From Chrysomallon squamiferum (Eukaryota > Animalia > Mollusca), in contig CM022667.1 in the NCBI GenBank assembly GCA_012295275.1, positions 2,542,001 to 2,606,000 on the forward strand: a stretch of 64,000 bases of DNA. The letters run 5' to 3'. The notes beneath the pieces were generated by a model. That model was not told the DNA's origin, did not search any database, and was given only the letters and a program-made list of their open reading frames with translations. This document shows positions 55,982 to 64,000 of the stretch, piece after piece; the stretch's first letter is position 1; the number at the start of each line of letters is the position of its first letter. A program made the translations under genes and the position numbers.

Positions 55982-56641
55982 ATGCAGTGTTTGCCTGTTT
56001 ATTTGTTGTTTTCGTTAACCGTGACAGCTTCAGCAAACATAAATGTAAGTCATTATTCTCTATTTTATATAACACTATACTATACAGTACACTATCTACA
56101 TTACACCACACTAAACTAACTACACTATTCTACAGTATATAACATTATACTAAACACTAATTATACTATACTACATTACACTAAACTGCACTACACTAAA
56201 CTATATTACACATTGCTATACTATACTATATAATGTCACTGTACTTCAGTGCTGTGCTGTGCTCTGTTATAAATATTCTATGGTAGCTGTGTAATATAAT
56301 CATTAATACGTTTTATTTACAGTGTCGTGCACGTCTTCAGCGTTGTCAACCTCTTCAAATGGGTGATTGTTGTACAGGCTTGGCGTGTATCCGAAGTGAT
56401 ATTGGGGGATTCAGATGTGATAGTCGTGGGGTTAGTGTTGTCGTCTTTTACATACATACACACACACATGCGTGCATACCCACATCCACACCCACATACA
56501 CACGCACACTCTGTCATTACATAAGATATTAATTTCTTTCAGTGTATCAGACTTGGTGAGAACTGTAAGCTGCACGGGGATCGCAGATGCTGCAGAGGAA
56601 CTTGTCGGATGACAGATGCTAACGGTCGCTTGTGTCTATGA
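55982..56641 (+). CDS. Secreted double-knottin (tandem ICK, conotoxin-like) precursor, copy B, 89 aa
   Basis: Exons 55982-56044 (MQCLPVYLLFSLTVTASANIN), 56323-56430 (CRARLQRCQPLQMGDCCTGLACIRSDIGGFRCDSRG) and 56543-56641 (CIRLGENCKLHGDRRCCRGTCRMTDANGRLCL*). Canonical GT-AG, phase 0, all 12 mature-region Cys conserved with copy A. Confidence 0.85.
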
Positions 56642-59005
56642 AAAAACCCCACTAAAATAATAAATAATAAAAAAGATATTTGTACTGGTAACATCGCTTG
56701 TGCGACATTTCAAATAATTAATATAGATAGAACTGTTTATAAGTGGTTCTTTTTAATCGAAATGATATATATATATTTTTTTTTTTTTTTGGGTTCTTTA
56801 TTTTCTGTTCATTTTTGACGTATTTTATATGTGTATGTGTTTATCTCCATATAAGTATTATAAATGGTATAAATTTAATTGAAATGGCACATATTGTTTT
56901 AAAATAAATAAATAAATAATATATATTATAAAATAGTAATCAATAATAGTAATAAATAAAGACGTTAAAAGATTTTTTTAAAGTAATAAAGAAAACGATG
57001 AAGACTAAAAAGAATATGGGGATCAACAACTGACATTGTAAATTAAAAGTGGTAAGGAATAGGACAGGGAGAGAAAGGAATCTGCGTGTGTGTGTGTGTA
57101 TGCATATTAGTATCAGTTCCTGGTACTTAATTTAGGTACTAAAAGGATTGATCATGAATTTATTCTTGTTCTGTTTTGTTTTCAGGTTGTTGTTTTTTTT
57201 CAAATGAAAACTAACGTGAATTAATACTACAAAATATTTTGAGTCATTTTATTCTCAAATAAATCAATTGCTGAATAAATTTTACTATTCAAGAAAACAG
57301 ATTAATTTTCTCCAGATACATTTTAAAAAAATAACAAAATTTTATTTTATAATTTTATTAGACAATGTATTTGAAAATTATAACAATAAAGAAAAAAGAA
57401 AAATATAATTTTCTTAATTATGTTTTAAGGAAAAGATGTAGATAATCATATTAATACTTCAGTACGTGTTACCATGTTAATATAATTTCTTTTAATTCGA
57501 CATTCCACGAAATGTCCATACACATTACATGTGTATATGTATATATGTATGTGTATATGTATATATATATATATATGCAATTTTATGACTAATAATTTAA
57601 CACAATCTTTTAGCAAAAATGTTTTCTTTATTGAAACATCACATCTGAGAAAATAATCTACAGAACATGATTCAAATTCAAATTAGAAAGCTTTATTCCT
57701 GTTTGTGCATATTTATGGCAATGTTACATTTATATTTTCACCACTGTTGCAGTATCAGTATCAACAAACAGTTTTTATAAAATTATTTTATAATTAAATA
57801 TTTATTTTTTAATGCTTTACCATTTAGAATGATATATATAAGCCTTCAGTTCTAGGGACTTAGGTTTTCAAAGTCACCTCTTTGGCCCCATCAATGCATA
57901 TAACTGAGGAAGGCCTAGAGTATAAGAATGTTAAAACTTAATTATTATCTCTGATCAGGAGCTTATTTATGATTCCATGCAGAAAGGATGACTGGTCTAC
58001 TGAATACAGATTCTAGAAATGGTTTGAATTATGTTTCTCAGACAAATGCAATTTAGAAAAAAATATTTTGTTATCTTTTAAGTTTTTGCTTCACTACCAG
58101 TATCTGAATTTTATCCTTCCACATGCATCTTCAAATTTTACTTTTATTTTTTTGGATTATTTTGTTTGACGATGCCAAGATTTACTGAACATGAACATGA
58201 ACATAATACATTTATTTCTGATATGCGACTTACTCATTTATATCAAAGTAACTATGGTGCAGAACAGCACTAAAAGGTTTTAGTTTATAGCCTTATAAAC
58301 ATCTGTGACACCATTGATTATAACTAGTTTGTCATGATAATTATTAGTACTGTTATTATTATATTGCATATAACATTAATTCTACCGTCATAAATTTATA
58401 TAGAAAACTATTTTAGTTTCAATCACTGGAAAATATTTTAAAATACAAAAATGGCAGTTATAGCAGTTATGATGATCTGCATAAGAAATATCATGTATAC
58501 ATAACTGTTTGAACTGTATAAAATTATAACATATAACATTTGTGGAATTATTACTTTTATTATATAAAAATGTTTCTATCCAAATAATTTATTTAGGATT
58601 TGTCCCACTTAATATCACTATTTGTTTATTTATTTTTAGAATCTAAGTATTAATATCATTGTATCACCTTCTTTCTTTTTTTTATAATTATTAATTTATT
58701 CCTCTTTAAGGCTACATTTGTACACAAAAAGTAAGAAAAAAAACTTAAAGAAAAAATGTTCTATTTACAAAAAGAAATATCAAAATGCTTTTACAAATCA
58801 GTGTTTGTATCACAAAGTAACTTTGGGCATAAAACACTTCAGTGAGAACCAGATCTCCCGAATTGTTTTCAGATTAGCAAAATCTACCAAAATGGTAGAC
58901 AAGATTTATTCCGGAGCAACAGCCTGGCTTGGTATAAAAAGAAGAATAAACATTCCAAGAACCAGATTTCATATTTTTCTGCAAATCTATAATCAAAATT
59001 CATCG

Positions 59006-61585
59006 TCAATCTTCATCCGAGTCTATCTGGAACCTCCGTCTGTCAAACTGAAATATAAATAAGTAAACTGATATAACCTGGCACATATAATAGCAACATA
59101 TACCCCCAATACAGAATGCATGCACACACACATACATCTGCAAACATCCCTCACACTACTGAAACACCCAAAATGTGTACACACAACCATACAACCACAC
59201 ACCCCACCAACTACCCTCACACACGTACACGCACTCCATCTTCGACAAACTTCTGTTTCTTGTTATTTTAAATTATTTAATGTTTTTACCTTGACAGTAG
59301 TTTTCTTCTGTGTCTGTTCACTGACACGAGACAACAAACTAATCAGCTGTTCTTCTGTTAACTAATCCAAAATAGACAACTAATCACGATTAGTTTCGGC
59401 TAATCACAAACACCTTCAATTAGTAGTCTGTGTGAAATAATTTTACAAATGCATCATAGCACATTACTTCTAAAGCATAATAGTATGATGTTTATGATTT
59501 TATCAAATATAATATTTCAAATTTATCAAGGATATTTTAAAATGCTTCACATACTATCAAGCAAACTGTGGCAGATTTATAAAATATTATGTTCCATATT
59601 TATCAAGTCTGTTATATATTTATAAACTATAATGTTACACATTTATAAACTATAATGATACATATTTATAAAGATATAATGTTACATATTTATCAAGTAT
59701 AACATTACACAGTTATAAAGCCACTGATGTTTTATATATTATTATTATTATTATTATTTTTTTTTTTTTTTTTTTTTTAATTTAGATCTGACATGATATA
59801 TAACTATTTTAACACATCAATTTTGTTCCTTCATGTTATTAATTAATTATATAACTAAGCAGAAACTATGCACAAAACAATTGTTACTGAATCTTCTTAC
59901 CTTTTGCTGTATTTGACCCGTCCTGGCCATCTGAACAAGCATATTCTCCACCATTTGTGCTTTATCAGCCTTAGCTACAGCAATAGTGTTTACTGTAAAA
60001 CATAGAGACACACAAACTCTGTAAACACAAACAAGTACAAGAAGCAGTTATTCCAAGACTAACTTATATTAACATTTTATAATCTTGGAAAACAAGAAAA
60101 TAAATAAATTACAGACATATAATTTGTCAATGTTTAATTTATAAGATGTTGTATAAAATTGCTTTTTTTTTTAACTGCAACATGCCAGACTGAGTAACTA
60201 CATCAAATGCTGATGCCTATGACTGTGAGAAAGTTTAATTAAAAGTTTGAGATACATTTACACCAATGCTTAACTTACATCAGTATTTTTAATACAAGGA
60301 CAGGGTTTAGTTATAAGATGATGTACTAAAATGCCTTTTCTACATAAAATATCCTTGGATGCCAACAGAATTTTTTTCAGTTTATAAAAAAATTAACTAA
60401 GATATCTTAGTATATCTAGCAGTTAGAAACAAATTACAGTCTAAACATATTTTCTTACAGACAACAAAGCAACAGATAAATAAAATTCCTGGGAGCTGTA
60501 GAAAAATATGTTTTTGATGAGATGAGTAACTTACAGCGAGCTCTGGCTGATTGATCTAATACTTGACTGAGAATCGAGTTTTTCATCTCATCTGCTTGTC
60601 TCTGTTTTTGTTCTGCCTCATCCTGTGATGCTCCTCTTCCCTACAAAATAAAACATTTACATTTTCAAAAGGGCAAAAAATAATATATATATATATAATA
60701 AATAATAATAATAATAAAATGTAAAAAAAAAAAATAAAGAAAAAAAAAAGAAAGAATTAAAAACAGTTTAGATTTTGAAGATAAAAATCTCAGAAATATT
60801 AAATGAAAATTTTATTTTTATTAATAAATTTTATAAAGGATATTTTAATACATTAATACCTGTCAGTGTCAGTTTGTGACAACAGAAAGAATATTTATCT
60901 ACAATAGTATAATATATGTTATTATTATACACAATGTATATGGGTATCTGTGTATTAATGTTCTCACAAATAAAGTATGCTGTACAATTTAAGATACTAG
61001 ATGGGACTGTCAAACTAAACAGTGGTGCTGAATAGTATGATGTGGTTTGTATGTTGTATGTGTGCCTGTATGTGTGTGTGTGTCTGTTTGGGTGTCTTTG
61101 TGTGTGTTTATTAATATTCCCACAAACAAGAAAGCATATCATATGAACACTGAAACACAAATAAATGGGATTGGCAAACGTAAGAGTGTTTCTATCATGC
61201 ATGGTTATGTTTCATTATGCATCACCAAAACAGATCGGTTAGTGCATTTTTTGTCAGATCAAAACATTTACTTTCATTTTAAATTAACTGTGAATTAAGT
61301 ATACTGGTTGTAGAAAATATGCCGGGTTTTTTTTTCACACTCCTTTCAAAGAAAATGCAGCATCGGAATAAAATCCGTAACGAAAATACATTAACTGATA
61401 CATTTAGTGTTACCTGATAAGATGTTTACAGCAAAAGCAATAATAAAAAATACAGATATTATGATTGTTTAAGTCTAGGATCACTAGATTTTTGCTCAAA
61501 TAAATACATTCATTATTACCCCATACTGATTCTGAAGCTCTGCCATACGACGAGCTCTTATAGCCTCCAATTCGTCGTCAGCCAT
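59006..61585 (-). CDS. PDCD5: Programmed cell death protein 5, 5 exons, 125 aa as assembled
   Basis: Exons 61585-61520 (MADDELEAIRARRMAELQNQYG), 60640-60535 (..EMKNSILSQVLDQSARAR), 59992-59901 (LNTIAVAKADKAQMVENMLVQMARTGQIQQK), 59361-59290 (LTEEQLISLLSRVSEQTQKKTTVK) and 59047-59006 (FDRRRFQIDSDED*). All GT-AG and phase consistent, with classic PDCD5 motifs. Confidence 0.95.
59570..59720. repeat. Degenerate ~22-bp minisatellite in PDCD5 intron 3
   Basis: Units such as ATTTATAAACTATAATGTTACAC repeated with variation. Confidence 0.7.
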
Positions 61586-62049
61586 TTTGCTTTTAGTATT
61601 TTCGTCCTTTCATTAGAGAGATTCACAGACGTATTAATGTCAAGGGCGAACTGACACGATGTAAATAGACTTTTTCTTTTCTTTTCCTTTCTTTTTAAAA
61701 ATAAAATCTCAGCCTACATGTATACCCGTACTGGTAAGGGTATCTGATGCATGAAATGAGGCACAGATCCTTTTTACCTTTTAATATTTTATTATTTAAA
61801 TGGCCATGTTTATTGTTATGATTTGTCGACCATGAACATAATCAAAGTTAAATTATTAGTTTTGTCATAATAATTATGTTGGCGCAGCGTGCGATAAATA
61901 AATCATAAATACGATATTTATTCATTTATCTACGTTTAACTCTAAACATAAACAAATTCTAGACTTTTTCAAAGTACTAATTTTAAACTGTAAAACGGAA
62001 TCACCTCTGTATCTAAATAAACCCGCTTTGAACTCTTTCCCTTTCATGC

Positions 62050-62110
62050 GAATGCCGGGTTTTCCCGTTCCAGCCACAGCTTTGACGACTGGTATGTATT
62101 AAATGTCTGA
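62050..62110 (+). mobile_element. Short degenerate SINE-like fragment
   Basis: GGGTTTTCCCGTTCCAGCCA...GACGACTGGTAT. Related sequence recurs at ~42067 (GGTTATTTCCCGTTCTAG) and in reverse at ~29894 (CAGCTGGAATAGGAAATAGCCC). Confidence 0.35.
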
Positions 62111-62867
62111 AAAATGCAAAAGTCTAAGAAATCCCGAATTAACTAAACTTTAAGTAAACTTTACCGAAAGATTAAACTTTAATGCACATGACTTTAGGAT
62201 AACAATCTAAGAACAATATACAGACACAAAAACAATGTTAACAAATGCCATAGTATATTTAAAGACAAATGTACGGTAGAAAAATGTAGGGTAGGTTGTG
62301 TGATAAATTTGTAAAGTTATGATCACTATGGGTACACTGGTAAAATGTGCTCTTACCTTGATGGAAAATGAGTTGAGAGGGGGGTTGCCATGACCGTATA
62401 ATGCAATTCAAAATAATTCAATAGTACCTAGTTTAATGTGGGAAATGGCTGTAAGATTTCATTTTGTGAGGGTCAATTGTATTTATATTCACTCGCGCGC
62501 TCACACACACGCGCACACGCACACACACATGATGAATGGTGATGAAACCAACAGAAAAGTAAAATACCTGAGTCAGAAATATTTGCCGGAAAAGCGTTCA
62601 TTAGAATATCGTATACTAACAGAATGATTATAGCTTATGACAAAAAAGAATAATAAATAACAAAAATAAAAATCTAAGTCTGATTATCTTTATTTTATTT
62701 TAGAGGTCTGTTTATTGTTTTTCTTCCATTCTTTTTCTTTCTTTTTTTTCTTTTATATATATATATATTTTTTTTTTTTCTTAATTTCTTAATATATTTT
62801 TAATATTTTTCTTCTGTCAATTGTCGGGTATCTTGGCGTCATCTTCGGTTAAGAATTATTCAGTTGT

Positions 62868-63185
62868 TTAGAATCCACACCAGAAAGGCTTGCTTCCGAT
62901 CCGTGTTCCGTAGCACTGGCACTGGTAAGGTCTCCTTGCAATAGGACAGTTTGATTTTGACAGACGACATGTACCACTTCGGTAACCTTTGCATCGGCAA
63001 CGCTGAGGGCATGACTGCCAGAGCCAGCCTGTTCCGCCTCTACTCCAACCGGAACATCTACTCCATGCGGTCCAACACTCGCTGACAAATCGAGGGCTTT
63101 CGTTAGACTTCGCCACGGACACGTCTGCCAGCAAAACCAAAACGAGGATCCCCACTAGAATACTAACATTGGGCAGGGACGCCAT
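62868..63185 (-). CDS. Macin-family antimicrobial peptide precursor (theromacin/mytimacin-like, 10 Cys), 105 aa
   Basis: Signal peptide MASLPNVSILVGILVLVLLADVSVA, short spacer KSNESPR, then ECWTAWSRCSGWSRGGTGWLWQSCPQRCRCKGYRSGTCRLSKSNCPIARRPYQCQCYGTRIGSKPFWCGF, carrying the macin signature WSRC...GTG.LW..C and ten Cys. An acceptor at 63209/63208 lies upstream of the ATG at 63185. Confidence 0.9.
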   Translation of the reverse strand: MASLPNVSILVGILVLVLLADVSVAKSNESPRFVSECWTAWSRCSGWSRGGTGWLWQSCPQRCRCKGYRSGTCRLSKSNCPIARRPYQCQCYGTRIGSKPFWCGF

Positions 63186-63435
63186 TGTTATCCAACTGTT
63201 ACTAAGATCTAAAAATAAAATAAAACAAAACAAAATAATTAGATTAACTATAAAAAAAAAATAATAATAATTGTAGAAATAATGATGATGATGATGATGG
63301 TAATACTAATAATAAATAAACAAATACATTTTTTTTTTTTTTTTTTTTTTAAAAATGAAACAAAATCAGATATCTTATGATATAATTATACTGTGTACTT
63401 TGGAAAGTTTTGGTCTGTACTCATAAGATATAGAA

Positions 63436-63719
63436 CTGTAGTTCTCAACCTTATGTGGGGCCATATCCCACCTCAGTCCCTATGAGATTTTGATGCAATG
63501 TTCTGCAAACATTTAGAACATGTTCAGTTGTCATAAGGTCGTAACAATGGATATATTTCAAAAAAGAAAACAAATTTTACTTAATAATTTTTCTTATTCT
63601 GTGTGGCAGGATTTCTTGACCATCTAAAACTAACGGATTCATAAAAAAAAAAATCTTAATACTCGCTATATACTGAAATTACACCAGTGTGGGGTGTAGG
63701 TCCCATGTTGGCAGTCCTG
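63436..63719. mobile_element. Degenerate hAT (Charlie-like) MITE in the putative macin 5' UTR intron
   Basis: Left end CTGTAGTTCTCAACC resembles the CAGTGGTTCTCAAC TIR and the right end is GTTGGCAGTCCTG. Flanks ATATAGAA (63428-63435) and CTATAGAA (63720-63727) form a 7/8-matching 8-bp target-site duplication. Confidence 0.55.
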
Positions 63720-63738
63720 CTATAGAAATAATAGAAGC

Positions 63739-63821
63739 AGATGACTTACCTGTAACTTACGTAGGTATTATAGATGACTTACCTGTAACTTTCGTAGGTA
63801 TTGTAGATGATTTATCTGTGA
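63739..63821. repeat. 33-bp tandem repeat (2 copies plus a partial third) carrying splice donors on the minus strand
   Basis: AGATGACTTACCTGTAACTTACGTAGGTATTAT / AGATGACTTACCTGTAACTTTCGTAGGTATTGT / AGATGATTTATCTGTGA. Confidence 0.8.
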
Positions 63822-64000
63822 TTGACATCGTGTTTTTATAGACAGAATGTGTAATTCTTTCACCTTCGTAGTTTTTGATAAAATCAGATTTCGTGTGATG
63901 CTCTCAGTGAGTAGGTGTGTTTGTCACCTTTGTTATGCGGATCAATAAGAAGTAACGTGTTGGATTTCAACTGGGGGTATCTGGTAAACTGATGTTATCT

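Larger units (their letters stand above)
52843..57925 (+). repeat. Direct tandem duplication, two ~2.5 kb units (A ~52843-55352, B ~55353-57925)
   Basis: Shared promoter, exons, introns and 3' flank. Both units end in ...CAATGCATATAACTGAGGAAGGCCTAGAGTATAA (ends ~55352 and ~57925). Boundaries are approximate. Confidence 0.8.

Noticed and set aside
63186-63233. N-terminal extension MFCFILFLDLSNSWIT of the macin ORF
   Set aside because: It starts at a non-ATG codon in the intron polypyrimidine tract; the ATG at 63185 gives a proper signal peptide.
63401-63411. TonE/NFAT5 consensus TGGAAAGTTTT upstream of the macin CDS
   Set aside because: A short degenerate motif expected often by chance in AT-rich DNA; no clustering.

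Overview
AT-rich, microsatellite-dense eukaryotic genomic DNA with spliced genes, probably from a mollusc such as a gastropod. That assignment is inferred from the macin gene, the invertebrate-type NFAT5 and SINE-like fragments. Reading splice sites by hand gives: (1) a 13-coding-exon NFAT5/TonEBP gene on the minus strand (CDS 27232->12313, ~1552 aa) with a CCAAT/YY1 promoter near 28.2-28.5 kb and probably a very long 3' UTR; (2) a ~19 kb microsatellite-rich region with no recognisable gene (28.7-47.5 kb); (3) a NUDT7-like peroxisomal CoA diphosphatase array made of one intact gene, one pseudogene and scrambled fragments of a third copy; (4) two tandem, ~2.5 kb-duplicated 3-exon genes that are only partly visible in the ORF track, each encoding a secreted precursor with two inhibitor-cystine-knot (C-C-CC-C-C, conotoxin/knottin-like) domains, which is the most novel element here; (5) a 5-exon PDCD5 gene; and (6) a 10-cysteine theromacin-type macin antimicrobial peptide gene. 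Most ORFs in the supplied track are microsatellite or antisense artefacts.
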